This document shows positions 8,358-17,890 of a stretch of DNA of 64,000 nucleotides, in pieces. The stretch comes from an uncultured Candidatus Saccharibacteria bacterium. GTDB taxonomy: Bacteria; Patescibacteriota; Minisyncoccia; Phycocordibacterales; PALSA-1337. A program made the translations under genes and the position numbers. The stretch is from contig CAYXWP010000001.1 of the NCBI GenBank assembly GCA_964468845.1, positions 6,411-70,410 of the forward strand, in the 5' to 3' direction. The notes beneath the pieces were generated by a model, which saw only the letters and a list, made by a program, of their open reading frames with translations, was not told the origin of the DNA and did no database searches. Each line of letters opens with the position of its first letter. The first letter of the stretch is position 1.

Positions 8358-9422
8358 TTACCCACACACCTCAATCACCGCCATCTCCAATGGTAAACTC
8401 TCTATATATGCCCTTCCTGTGGCATCATAAGCCTTGAGAAGCGCCAGAAGCATAGCCGAGTTAATTCCAGCCTTACCTTCAATCTTTTCGCTAGCAAGGA
8501 CTTCTAGCACCTTCCAGTCATCTTCCGAAACCTGCTCTTGTAAAGTTTTTGCTAAGGCAGGAGCATTTTTTAAAAGCAAAACCAAACGAACTTTTTCTAG
8601 CACTAGCGAAGCAAAAGTTTTCATGGAAATATTGTCTTCTCGAGCAAGGGAAATTACAGAAAGAGCCTTTTCTTTTTCGCCATGTGCTAGAGCAATTATA
8701 AAATCATTTACAAGACTTCCCTTCGGAGCACCAGTTATCATTTCAACTTCCTTGATAGTGACCTTCTTTTCATCCGCTGTACTTATAACCTTCTGAAGAA
8801 TTCCAAGTGTGTCACGGAAAGATCCATCACCAAGAAGTGCGATCAGGTCAGCAACACCAGTTTCAAGTGTATACCCTTCTTTCTTCGCAACTTTTGAAAC
8901 CAAAGTTTTCAAAATATCTCTTGTAGGTTTCTTGAAAGAAAAAACTTGGCAACGAGAAACCACAGTTTCAGGGATTTTATCTGTTTCTGTTGTGGCAAGT
9001 ACGAAGATAGCATGTGCGGGTGGTTCCTCCAGAGTTTTCAAAAGTGCATTAAATGCCTCCTTCGTGAGCATATGAACCTCGTCGATTATATAAACTTTGT
9101 AAACAGACTCAAAAGGCAAAACATTGACCCCATCACGAATCTCACGAATATCATCAATACCTCTATTTGATGCCGCATCAATTTCATAAACATCATTATC
9201 ACTAACACCTAGAGCTCTAGCAAAAATACGAGCAATGGATGTCTTTCCAGTCCCTCGACTTCCAGAAAAAAGATACGCATGCGCAATACGCTTTAATTTC
9301 AATGAATTCTCTAAAACACTGACGATATGGTCCTGCCCAATAACATCTGACCAATCATAAGGGCGATGCTTTCTATATAGAACTGATGAATTTCCTGAGC
9401 TTTCAGTTGTTTTCTTTGACAT
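8358..9422 (-). CDS. dnaX: DNA polymerase III subunit gamma/tau (short form)
   Basis: HAYLFSGSRGTGKTS Walker A, YKVYIIDEVHMLT box and a sensor region. HolB (delta prime) is a less likely alternative. Confidence 0.75.
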   Translation of the reverse strand: MSKKTTESSGNSSVLYRKHRPYDWSDVIGQDHIVSVLENSLKLKRIAHAYLFSGSRGTGKTSIARIFARALGVSDNDVYEIDAASNRGIDDIREIRDGVNVLPFESVYKVYIIDEVHMLTKEAFNALLKTLEEPPAHAIFVLATTETDKIPETVVSRCQVFSFKKPTRDILKTLVSKVAKKEGYTLETGVADLIALLGDGSFRDTLGILQKVISTADEKKVTIKEVEMITGAPKGSLVNDFIIALAHGEKEKALSVISLAREDNISMKTFASLVLEKVRLVLLLKNAPALAKTLQEQVSEDDWKVLEVLASEKIEGKAGINSAMLLALLKAYDATGRAYIESLPLEMAVIEVCG

Positions 9423-9426
9423 ATGC

Positions 9427-10485
9427 CTATTGTAGCATTTTCAAATATTCTTTAACAATTCCTTCAACCTCCTTCAAACCATCACTTTCCATTAGCTTCA
9501 CTCGCAATTCTTTCGCACCTTCCCAACCAGAAACATAAGCTTTGAAATGTTTTTTCATGTTTGCAAAATTCTTTACCTTACCAAGCTGCTTGTCGAAAAG
9601 TTTTGCATGTTCAAGCATCGCTTTTAGTCTTGTCTCAACGGGAATTTCCGCAGGTGTTTTGCCTGCAAAAAACCAAGGGTTGCCAAAAATTCCTCTTCCG
9701 ATCATTGCCCCATCACATCCACTTTCTTTTACTTTCTGGCGTGCATCCGCAAGACTTATAACATCACCATTTCCTATCAAAATAGTCTCTGGGGAAATGC
9801 GATTTCGAAGTTCAACAATCTTTGGCATTAAATCCCAATGTGCCGGAAAATCCGACATTTCTTTGCGAGTTCGCAAGTGTATCGTCAGCGCCGGCAACTT
9901 TTGCTCGAGTAAAAACTCAATCCAAGATAAATCAATTTTATTGTAACCAATTCTTGTTTTAACAGAAACTGGGATTTCTAGCCCCACATCCTTTACCCCC
10001 GCCCTCGCAGCCTCAATAATTTCCTTTGCAAGCTCAGGGTTCTTCATCATGCTCGCCCCTGCACCTTGTTTCTCTATAGATCGATCTGGACAACCCATAT
10101 TTATATCTATTCCATCAAAACCAAGTTTAGCAACTATTCCACAAGCTTCATGCATTTTGTCCGGGTGAGCAGAGAAAAGCTGTGCTACTATCGGCTTCTC
10201 TTTTTTTGAAAATTTTAAATCATTTAGCAAAACCTTTCTTCCGGCAGAGCAGAGCCCATCTGCAGAAACGAATTCAGTCCACATCACGTCTGGCTTGCCA
10301 TATTTCGCAAACATAGAACGAAAAGCCACATCAGTGACATTTGCCATAGGGGCAATAACAAAAACAGGCTTCTTGAGCTTTACCCAGAAGTTTAAACCGT
10401 CCACAGAACTATTTACACTGTGCACTGTGACTTTTTTAACATTCTTGACGTTTTTAGATTGAGTCTTCCCTTTCTTCATAGACAA
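9427..10485 (-). CDS. tRNA-dihydrouridine synthase (Dus family)
   Basis: FVIAPMANVTDVAFR, DGIDINMGCP and TIM-barrel FMN-binding motifs. It has a Lys-rich N-terminal extension. Confidence 0.85.
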   Translation of the reverse strand: MSMKKGKTQSKNVKNVKKVTVHSVNSSVDGLNFWVKLKKPVFVIAPMANVTDVAFRSMFAKYGKPDVMWTEFVSADGLCSAGRKVLLNDLKFSKKEKPIVAQLFSAHPDKMHEACGIVAKLGFDGIDINMGCPDRSIEKQGAGASMMKNPELAKEIIEAARAGVKDVGLEIPVSVKTRIGYNKIDLSWIEFLLEQKLPALTIHLRTRKEMSDFPAHWDLMPKIVELRNRISPETILIGNGDVISLADARQKVKESGCDGAMIGRGIFGNPWFFAGKTPAEIPVETRLKAMLEHAKLFDKQLGKVKNFANMKKHFKAYVSGWEGAKELRVKLMESDGLKEVEGIVKEYLKMLQ

Positions 10486-10493
10486 CCATACTA

Positions 10494-11504
10494 CTACATC
10501 ACGGCCTCATCAAGCAAGTCAAGAGTATCATTATCACGCATTGAGCTTCCGAGGAGAACCACAAGAAAAAGTTTTTCGCTTTTACCAATTTTAAACAAAG
10601 AAACACCTGTTCTGTTTGCTTCAGTGGTATATCCGTTTTTTCCACCCGCATACACACTCAAATTTAGAAAATGTTTTGGGTTGGTCCAAGTATGAGTTCT
10701 CAGCGACTTTGTCTTATTCATAGTATTATCAAAAATTTCTGGATCATTATTTAAAATCCATTTTACGATAATAGATATGTCCTGTGAGGTCGAAAGATTG
10801 TAAGCAGAAAGACCTGACGGATCTCTAAAATATGTTCTGTAGGCACCAATACTATTGACCCAGCTATTCATTTCTCTAATAAATGCTTTTCTTCCTCCGT
10901 AGTATGAAATAGCTAATGCCTCAGCAGAATCATTACTTGAAACCATGAGCAAGGGATACAGCAGTTCCTCTGCAGTCATTTTCTCACCAATTCTAAATCT
11001 TGCCTCATTACCATAAGTGCTAGCCATTTGAGGCGTGATTGCAATGTACTGGTTCTGATCAAGAAGCTTGCGGGCAATTACTGCAGTAACCAGTTTTGTA
11101 ATTGAAGCAATTGGCAAAAGCTTTTCCTGATTTTTTTCAAGAATAGTTTGATTGTCGCTAATGTTTATTACTGAGTATGATTTCGCAGTAATTTTTCTTT
11201 TACTTTCGGTGGCAGGGGCTCCCTCCTTTCTTTCGGCAATTTCAAATCCATTATCAGAAGAATAAATAACCGCATTAGAAATATGTGAAGAAAAAACTGG
11301 ATCTTCTTCATTATTGTCCTCATTAAATAGTTGAAAATCTTCCTCCTGCTGTCTTAATATTTTATCGGAAACATATGGATGCGAGCTGTATGAGTATAAA
11401 AAAATAGCGATCACAGAGAGTATGATACCTGTGGTAATAGCGGTCGACATTGAGTGTATTAGTCCTTTGAAATCATTTTGTGACATAGAATATATTATTC
11501 CCAA
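10494..11504 (-). CDS. D-alanyl-D-alanine carboxypeptidase (serine peptidase S11 / PBP5-like)
   Basis: SxxK (ASITKLVTA), SxN (SSND) and K(T/N)G (GGKNGYT) motifs. N-terminal TM anchor. The start may be an internal Met because the ORF overlaps the upstream gene by 32 nt. Confidence 0.7.
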   Translation of the reverse strand: MGIIYSMSQNDFKGLIHSMSTAITTGIILSVIAIFLYSYSSHPYVSDKILRQQEEDFQLFNEDNNEEDPVFSSHISNAVIYSSDNGFEIAERKEGAPATESKRKITAKSYSVINISDNQTILEKNQEKLLPIASITKLVTAVIARKLLDQNQYIAITPQMASTYGNEARFRIGEKMTAEELLYPLLMVSSNDSAEALAISYYGGRKAFIREMNSWVNSIGAYRTYFRDPSGLSAYNLSTSQDISIIVKWILNNDPEIFDNTMNKTKSLRTHTWTNPKHFLNLSVYAGGKNGYTTEANRTGVSLFKIGKSEKLFLVVLLGSSMRDNDTLDLLDEAVM

Positions 11505-12327
11505 ACCGTAAATTTATATAGTCAAAAACAGGAGGAGTTGAGGTACCCTTCTTTTTTAACACAGAATCATTCCAAAATGCAACAAGATTTGATGCTGTTT
11601 TATCAAATGGAACCTTGTTATCAAAGTACACGACTGCTTCAGACAAATCCTTGTTCTTTATATACAACTCGTATTCATCCTTTTCACTGATGAGTATACC
11701 AACTGTTGAAATTTTTGAATCTTTAATATAGCTAATGAATTTTTGTAATTGTGAAAATAATTTTGTATCAATGAAATATGTTCCAATGATATCCTTTTCT
11801 TCATCTAGACTGACATAGTAATGCGGATACACACCTTCAGAATATAGTGGGGACTCCTCAAAAACATAACCGTCCTTATCTACTGAATAGCATTTCTGAT
11901 CTAGCCCCTCTTCATTGTGAAATCCTCCACAAACTAGCGCTGTAGGAATTCTTTCAACAATGTTTAATCTTATACCAGAAAGTCCACTTCTCTTTATTTT
12001 AATTGAATCAATTTTTTTGAATAAATCGGTCAAGCCATTTTCAACAAAAGTTTCTGGATAGAAAAATGTATTTGTTTTAGGGATAACACCCAAATAATCA
12101 CCATCCAAAAGTTCAAGGGCTTTCCCCTGCAAATCAGAAATATTCATAGTTGTCGTCCCACTCACTTCAACTCTTGAAATTTGTAAAAATTGTAATCGAA
12201 AAAAAAGAATTACAGACAGCAGACAAACAATGATACAAAAGAAAGCCAGGAGCGTAGTTATAATCAACTTCTTTCGCTTTTTTTGAGCTTGTTTTGGTGA
12301 TTGTAATATACGAGAACGTCTTGTCAT
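11473..12327 (-). CDS. FtsQ/DivIB-like cell division protein (POTRA)
   Basis: Basic N-terminus, a single TM, then ISRVEVSGTTTMNISDLQGKA...LNIVERIPTALVCGG..VDKDGYVFEE, resembling the FtsQ POTRA/beta domain pattern. Confidence 0.45.
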   Translation of the reverse strand: MTRRSRILQSPKQAQKKRKKLIITTLLAFFCIIVCLLSVILFFRLQFLQISRVEVSGTTTMNISDLQGKALELLDGDYLGVIPKTNTFFYPETFVENGLTDLFKKIDSIKIKRSGLSGIRLNIVERIPTALVCGGFHNEEGLDQKCYSVDKDGYVFEESPLYSEGVYPHYYVSLDEEKDIIGTYFIDTKLFSQLQKFISYIKDSKISTVGILISEKDEYELYIKNKDLSEAVVYFDNKVPFDKTASNLVAFWNDSVLKKKGTSTPPVFDYINLRFGNNIFYVTK

Positions 12328-12330
12328 TCT

Positions 12331-13605
12331 TTATTTAATGATCTCTTTGCCCATGTATTTCTGTAACACTTCAGGAATTTTTATTGATCCGTCTGCCTGT
12401 TGATAGTTTTCTACAAGTGATACGAGTATTCTTGGTGTTGGAATTGCCGTGCAGTTTAATGAGTGAACATAACGAAGCTTGCCATCAGCGTCTTTGTATC
12501 GAATATTCAAACGACGAGTCTGGAAATCATGAAAATATGAAGCAGATGAAATTTCTCTATATGTATTCTCTTTCGGAACCCAAAGTTCAATATCATATTT
12601 CTTAACCTGACCAAGTCCGAGGTCACCTCCACAATTCAAAACTGTGTGATATGGAATTCCAAGTGACTCGATGAACTCCTCTGTGTTTGTATTTATTTCT
12701 TCATGCAAAGCGACTGATGCCTCGTGACTTGCTTCACATAATACTAATTGTTCAAATTTATAAAATTCATGTACACGTATAAGCCCTTTTACATCTTTAC
12801 TATGTGCTCCCGCTTCACGTCGGTAGCAAGGTGAAAATCCGAGATAACGTATTGGGAATGATTTTTGATCTAGAACTTCTTCACTATGCATTGCCATTAG
12901 AGGAACCTCGGCTGTACCAGCAAGTGCATCGCCATCTTGTGTCATATAGAAATCCTCAACATCACCCGGTAGATGTCCTGTTCCATAAAGATTTATTTTT
13001 CTTACAATTGCAGGAGAAATAACTGGGACAAAATTTTTCCCTTCACCTCTACTATTACTAAAAAATTCCATGGCATATTGCCAGATTGCAAAAGAAAGTC
13101 TAGCTCCATCACCTGTTAGAAAATATCCTCTGAATCCATGGACTTTCGCTCCTCTTTCAAAATCAACCATTCCAAGCTTTGTCATAAGTTCAACATGATC
13201 CTTTGGTTCAAAATCAAATTTTGGTTTCTCTCCCCATGTTTTTATTTCCTTATTATCTTTATCTGTATCTCCATCAGGAACTGACATGTCTGGAATATTA
13301 GGCACACGAAGCATTGCCTCTTGCCATGATTTCATTATTTCTTTAATCGACTCTTCTTCTTTTTGAAGTGCCTCCTTTACAACCTTCATGTCCTCAATCA
13401 TTTTTTGTCTATCCTCCGGTGTTGCTGTAGGAATTTTTTCACTAATGATGTTTTGCTCAGCACGTTTCTTTTCTATAGATGAAAGTATCTCTCGTCTTTT
13501 ATCATCCAATACAATCAATTCATCAATATTAATATTAACGTGTTTTTTCTTTGCCCCCGCTTGCACTACATCCTTATTTTCCCTAATAAATTTTATGTCT
13601 AGCAT
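12331..13605 (-). CDS. serS: Seryl-tRNA synthetase
   Basis: N-terminal coiled coil (MLDIKFIRENKDVV) plus class II motifs 1-3. Confidence 0.95.
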   Translation of the reverse strand: MLDIKFIRENKDVVQAGAKKKHVNINIDELIVLDDKRREILSSIEKKRAEQNIISEKIPTATPEDRQKMIEDMKVVKEALQKEEESIKEIMKSWQEAMLRVPNIPDMSVPDGDTDKDNKEIKTWGEKPKFDFEPKDHVELMTKLGMVDFERGAKVHGFRGYFLTGDGARLSFAIWQYAMEFFSNSRGEGKNFVPVISPAIVRKINLYGTGHLPGDVEDFYMTQDGDALAGTAEVPLMAMHSEEVLDQKSFPIRYLGFSPCYRREAGAHSKDVKGLIRVHEFYKFEQLVLCEASHEASVALHEEINTNTEEFIESLGIPYHTVLNCGGDLGLGQVKKYDIELWVPKENTYREISSASYFHDFQTRRLNIRYKDADGKLRYVHSLNCTAIPTPRILVSLVENYQQADGSIKIPEVLQKYMGKEIIK

Positions 13606-13684
13606 GCATAAATAATATCAGAAAAGACTACATTTTGGAAGAAAGAGGAAGGAAAAAAGAAGAAAAGCCAAAATAACTGCTATA

Positions 13685-13723
13685 TAAAAACAAAACACCC
13701 CGCGTACATCCTTTTACGCGGGG
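13685..13723 (-). terminator. Intrinsic terminator of gene 13757..14257
   Basis: Perfect 9-bp ccccgcgta / tacgcgggg stem. The minus-strand tail reads TGTTTTGTTTTT. Confidence 0.55.
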
Positions 13724-13756
13724 GTGGTTGAAAGATTTCCCTCTTTCGGGGGTTTG

Positions 13757-14257
13757 CTACGCGGCTTGTTGAACCCACGGAGCAAAGATGCAATTTGAGA
13801 GCTCATCGCAGATAGAGACGCCCATCAGCTCAAGCACCTTGTAAAGCTTTGTCGAGCGCTGATCGTCCTTGACATAGCTCGCAACAAGGACAACCTTGAT
13901 GTCTTGCTCGAGAACTTGAACCTTGAGTGCAACATAGGGGTCATCCGTGATGAATGTGACCTCATGGTCGTGGAAAACCTTTCCACAGAATTCCATGAGC
14001 TGAGGGAAGCCTCCGTTCAAAACGAAGTCAAACTTCGTCGATGTCAGAGGGCAACAACCAAAGTTGTTGTAAGTGACCTGTGCCAGATTTGGACTGCTGG
14101 CCTCTAGGAATGCGAGACATGTACTACCCTCCATCGCGCATGTATTGAGAAGATTGAGCATCTCCCGATGGAATGTTGATCCAGGACGAATCCTGGTATT
14201 TAGTCCCTGCAAATTAAAAATCACAAGGGACGATTTGCTAGTTGTTTCAGTGTTCAT
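13757..14257 (-). CDS. Hypothetical protein (166 aa), GC-elevated
   Basis: Complete ORF with a terminator. No family recognised. Confidence 0.4.
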   Translation of the reverse strand: MNTETTSKSSLVIFNLQGLNTRIRPGSTFHREMLNLLNTCAMEGSTCLAFLEASSPNLAQVTYNNFGCCPLTSTKFDFVLNGGFPQLMEFCGKVFHDHEVTFITDDPYVALKVQVLEQDIKVVLVASYVKDDQRSTKLYKVLELMGVSICDELSNCIFAPWVQQAA

Positions 14258-14364
14258 ACTGCCAAATACAGTATCAGAGATATTATATTATGTCAATATC
14301 ACAAAATATAACGACATGATAATGTAAGTATGGACAGAATACACAGCTCAACCCCTATTTTCTA

Positions 14365-14574
14365 ATGAACATATTAATCCTCCTGATCTGGACTCCAACA
14401 ATCATTTGGTGGGCGCTAACAATTGGCATGTTTATGCGTGGACAACATATCGATGAGTACACGAGTTTCGACAACGGCTGGCATTACTGCTGGGTGTCAT
14501 ACAGAAAGGTAGTGAGCGTCCTTTCGATTCTCCTGCCCCTACCCTACTTCGCCTACATCATGGCGGTTAAGTAG
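14365..14574 (+). CDS. Small hypothetical membrane protein (69 aa)
   Basis: Two predicted TM helices. Followed by an intrinsic terminator. Confidence 0.3.
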   Translation: MNILILLIWTPTIIWWALTIGMFMRGQHIDEYTSFDNGWHYCWVSYRKVVSVLSILLPLPYFAYIMAVK

Positions 14575-14597
14575 GCAATCCACTTTTACTTTCGCAT

Positions 14598-14632
14598 CAC
14601 AGACCAAGACGCTTGGCTGTGATTTTATTTTT
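14598..14632 (+). terminator. Intrinsic terminator
   Basis: cacagaccaag / cttggctgtg stem followed by ATTTTATTTTT. Confidence 0.5.
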
Positions 14633-14798
14633 AGAATGTGAATCATTCTAGATCATTAGGTAATTCCAAGCTATTGAACCATTACGAACAATTTGACATT
14701 CGCGATTTTTCTTGATTAAGTAAATATGGACAAAAGTCGTGAATATTACATAAAGTTTACTTGGAGCCGGAAGTTTCAAGTAATGGGCCGGAAGCTAC

Positions 14799-15452
14799 AT
14801 GGTATTCACAACTCAAGTCCTTTACAAAATGAGAAGCCGAAAACAAACGGAGTTCCTGATGGTTAAACATTTCCTTTCGAGAAATGCTCTTCACTCATTT
14901 GAGCCACTTACAGTATGTGATCAGCTCGTCACAAGAAAACAATTTGATAGTAGCCTAATGGTAATGCTATATAGCATATTATACGGAATACCCATCAGTC
15001 TTGTCTTCATCTTTGGCCCCGCTCAGGTTCCACATCATGTGGAAATTGGCAAGTGTATTTTGTACCTCGCCATCGCAATCTTTCTTATCTTCACAGCCAG
15101 AGCCGGCCTCAAGCTTTTCAAAAAAACTATACATCGACGATACGATAGTGCAGCAACTGACGTAGTTGAAATGCTTTGTGACGCAATATTTAGCTTCAAA
15201 AACCAATTCGGAGCAAACCCAGAAAAACTTGGACCAAAGGGTGTTGCCATCAGGCTTACATCTGTGGCAAAAAAAATATTTGAGTGCAAGGAAAAGCATG
15301 ATGAATACTCTGCTGAAATTGAGCGGGAAAGATTGAGGATTTTGTACGATGCCGCCCAGGTACTTTTCCCGGTCAATACCTACCCAGAGATCTTTGAAGC
15401 TGCAGAAGAAGGCAAAGAAGCACCAGAGTGGATTGCGGATTTTGCAAAATAA
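14799..15452 (+). CDS. Hypothetical membrane protein (217 aa)
   Basis: Two TM helices and an acidic C-terminal soluble part. No family recognised. Confidence 0.4.
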   Translation: MVFTTQVLYKMRSRKQTEFLMVKHFLSRNALHSFEPLTVCDQLVTRKQFDSSLMVMLYSILYGIPISLVFIFGPAQVPHHVEIGKCILYLAIAIFLIFTARAGLKLFKKTIHRRYDSAATDVVEMLCDAIFSFKNQFGANPEKLGPKGVAIRLTSVAKKIFECKEKHDEYSAEIERERLRILYDAAQVLFPVNTYPEIFEAAEEGKEAPEWIADFAK

Positions 15453-15525
15453 CCACCTCACAGGAATTTATTGAATTTGGTCTTTCATCCAGCAGCTAGG
15501 TATCAAGCCAGGCTGCTTTTTTACA

Positions 15526-15981
15526 TCAATACACCATTCCAGTTGTATTCATAGTGCTTAGAATTGTCCAAGTATCATCTATTGGGTTAACAACATTGCC
15601 CGATCTTTGAATTAATTCCTTAACTGCCATTTTGTATCTCCCAAGACTTTCCCCTCCATAAATATCTACGTTTGCGTATAATCTACCATCAGAAATTTTA
15701 ATACCTTCACCAGGTCCAAATGCCACTAAGCCTCTTTCAAAAAAATTTACATTCAAAATATTTTTTTCCTTATCAAAAACGTAATGACATGATACGCTCT
15801 GCCCTACGCATCCGGCTTTCTCTAGACGTCCTATAATAGAATCCATAGGAATAGGCTCTATCTGAACATAGCCCTGATAGTACGTTCTAGTGTCACTATT
15901 ACTAATCCAGACAAACAAGATAGCACCAGCTATAACAATTATGACTAGGGCAACAACAAATGTGATTAAAAGTTTTTTCAT
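15526..15981 (-). CDS. Hypothetical membrane-anchored protein
   Basis: N-terminal TM followed by a soluble domain. Confidence 0.35.
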   Translation of the reverse strand: MKKLLITFVVALVIIVIAGAILFVWISNSDTRTYYQGYVQIEPIPMDSIIGRLEKAGCVGQSVSCHYVFDKEKNILNVNFFERGLVAFGPGEGIKISDGRLYANVDIYGGESLGRYKMAVKELIQRSGNVVNPIDDTWTILSTMNTTGMVY

Positions 15982-16014
15982 ATATTAAATATTATACAAT
16001 AAGCTTCGGATTAA

Positions 16015-16560
16015 TTAATAAAACCACGGGAAAACCCCGACCTTTTTCTTGTACTCTAAATACTCTAATCCGAATCTACTTTCAAGAAAGCTATCTTCTT
16101 TTTTAATTACATAGTTAATAAAAAATATTGAAGGAACAAGTACAACTATGAAATAAAAATTTAATTGAAGATACAATCCAACACCTATAAACAACGCACC
16201 CATGTAATATGGATGTCTAGTAAAGCGATATGGACCTCCAGTAAACAAAACTCCTCCAGTGTCATCTCCCATAAAACCCCAGTCCTTGTTTCTATTTAAA
16301 CGTGTCCAAATCATAAGCGAAAGGCCGATTAAAGAAAAAACTACTCCAAGTATATATAGCGGCGTATAAATTATTTTTTCAATTACATTCAAAAGCAATA
16401 AAATAGGAAATAGAAAGAATATCGCAACTTCAAACAATTTCCTCCCCCAGTAAATCAATCTTTCAACTTTTTTTATATCCCTTTTACCTTTCATCAAGGT
16501 AAAGCTATTTCTAAAAATAAAGAATGTTAGAAGTACTAATAGTGGAATTATGTTGATCAT
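16015..16560 (-). CDS. Isoprenylcysteine carboxyl methyltransferase (ICMT/PEMT) family membrane methyltransferase
   Basis: Polytopic membrane protein with the GPYRFTRHPYYMGAL signature. Confidence 0.65.
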   Translation of the reverse strand: MINIIPLLVLLTFFIFRNSFTLMKGKRDIKKVERLIYWGRKLFEVAIFFLFPILLLLNVIEKIIYTPLYILGVVFSLIGLSLMIWTRLNRNKDWGFMGDDTGGVLFTGGPYRFTRHPYYMGALFIGVGLYLQLNFYFIVVLVPSIFFINYVIKKEDSFLESRFGLEYLEYKKKVGVFPWFY

Positions 16561-16579
16561 ATTTATTGGGTTATATAAA

Positions 16580-16987
16580 TTAGCTTTTTCGCAAATATTC
16601 CTCCATTAATTTAATATCATCAAAATCTTTTTGTCTGCCAAGTTCTTTTTTGAATTTAATAAACTCTTCCAACTTTATAAATGGAAAACCATTTATAATA
16701 TCTGCATTATCAATTAAAGATTTTGTATCCCCTATATAATTACCAAACATATAATTAGGCACAATATCTACATTATCTTTATTAAGCATAATTCTACTTG
16801 TACTCAAGCATTGATCACATAGACATTGTTTATACCCTTCTTTAAGTAACTTTTTATACAAATTCGGAGTAACCAAAATATCAAGGTCATGAGCCTCCCG
16901 AATATTATGAGCTGCCATTGCCCCTCCTACAACAACATACTCGCCTGGAGGATAATCAAGTTCCTTTAGTTTTTTGAATATATCCAT
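16580..16987 (-). CDS. Hypothetical protein, possible minimal nucleotidyltransferase fold
   Basis: VVVGGAMAAHNIREAHDLDILV resembles the GS-x9-13-DxD motif. Confidence 0.3.
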   Translation of the reverse strand: MDIFKKLKELDYPPGEYVVVGGAMAAHNIREAHDLDILVTPNLYKKLLKEGYKQCLCDQCLSTSRIMLNKDNVDIVPNYMFGNYIGDTKSLIDNADIINGFPFIKLEEFIKFKKELGRQKDFDDIKLMEEYLRKS

Positions 16988-17075
16988 ATAGCTATTATAT
17001 CAAAACCAGCGGTGTATTAAAATTAAGTATTTTACAAGTAATTATTTTTCCTTAAACGTATAAATTTATACAAAG

Positions 17076-17642
17076 TTATTTTCGTGCAATAAAGTTATAA
17101 ATATGCCAATGTTTCGTTCGGCCTTCTTTCGTCTCCTCCTCACGAAAAGTGATGATTTCCATGTCATTTAAATATCCTCTAGCTTCGTCAGCGCTTAAAT
17201 ATGTCATTCCAACAGTCTTTGACCATTGGTCATGATCACCAAACATTTGTCCACAAAATATACCACCCTTTTTCAGCGATAACTTAATATTCGTAATGAC
17301 ACGACCAAAGTGCTCTGGCTCACAATGAGGCAAAGAATACATTGCTGATGCTAAAATATATTCATCAGCAGGAAATTTATAATCTTCAAATGAAGTCACA
17401 AATGTATGCAATCGCTCGTTTTTTATTTCCAATGCCTCTTTCTCTAATAGAGGGCTTTTATCAATAACTGTCACATCGAATCCTTTTTGTAGAAGATACT
17501 TAGTATCCCTCAACGCCCCTCCACCAATATCAATTGCTTTCCCTGTATTCTTAACATACAAAAGAGCCTCAGCAAGCAATCCGTGTGAAGGTTGCGCCCG
17601 TGTAAAATCATAATATTCAGACCAATCTTTTTTATCTGTCAT
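17076..17642 (-). CDS. Class I SAM-dependent methyltransferase (TehB-like)
   Basis: Motif I AIDIGGGALRDTKYLLQKG and the acidic motif II FDVTVIDKS. Confidence 0.65.
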   Translation of the reverse strand: MTDKKDWSEYYDFTRAQPSHGLLAEALLYVKNTGKAIDIGGGALRDTKYLLQKGFDVTVIDKSPLLEKEALEIKNERLHTFVTSFEDYKFPADEYILASAMYSLPHCEPEHFGRVITNIKLSLKKGGIFCGQMFGDHDQWSKTVGMTYLSADEARGYLNDMEIITFREEETKEGRTKHWHIYNFIARK

Positions 17643-17675
17643 AATTAATACTTTAATACTAACACAGCTATAACT

Positions 17676-17694
17676 GGTGACCCTACAGAGAATC
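17676..17694 (-). repeat. 19-bp direct repeat of the tRNA-Glu 3' end (T-arm and acceptor), followed by an encoded CCA: tRNA fragment / putative att remnant
   Basis: gtgaccctacagagaatcg is identical to 17817-17835 inside the intact tRNA-Glu. The minus-strand read ends ...CGATTCTCTGTAGGGTCACCA. Confidence 0.5.
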
Positions 17695-17780
17695 GGTCAC
17701 AGGTCTCGCACTGCTGTGCTCGCCTGCGACCCTGATTCGCTCGCTCCGTCTTTCGATTCTCCGAGCCTCCCTTACGATAT

Positions 17781-17809
17781 GAAAAAGACTAGAACAAGTC
17801 TAGTCTTTT
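17781..17809. terminator. Bidirectional intrinsic terminator just downstream of tRNA-Glu
   Basis: aaaaagactaga / tctagtcttttt 12-bp stem with a 5-nt loop. Confidence 0.6.
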
Positions 17810-17817
17810 TCAATCGA

Positions 17818-17889
17818 GTGACCCTACAGAGAATCGAACTCTGCTTCCATCCTTGAGAAGGATGTGTCCTAGCCGATAGACGATAGGGC
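17818..17889 (-). tRNA. tRNA-Glu (anticodon CUC)
   Basis: The reverse complement reads GGCCCTA-TC-GTCT-ATCGGCTA-GGAC-A-CATCC-TTCTCAA-GGATG-GAAG-CAGAG-TTCGATT-CTCTG-TAGGGTC-A. It has a clean cloverleaf, and no CCA is encoded. Confidence 0.85.
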
Positions 17890-17890
17890 C

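Noticed and set aside
13606-13700. T-box leader upstream of serS
   Set aside because: The leader is under 100 nt before the neighbouring gene's terminator hairpin, with no T-box sequence (AATTAGGGTGGNACCGCG-like) or specifier-loop architecture.
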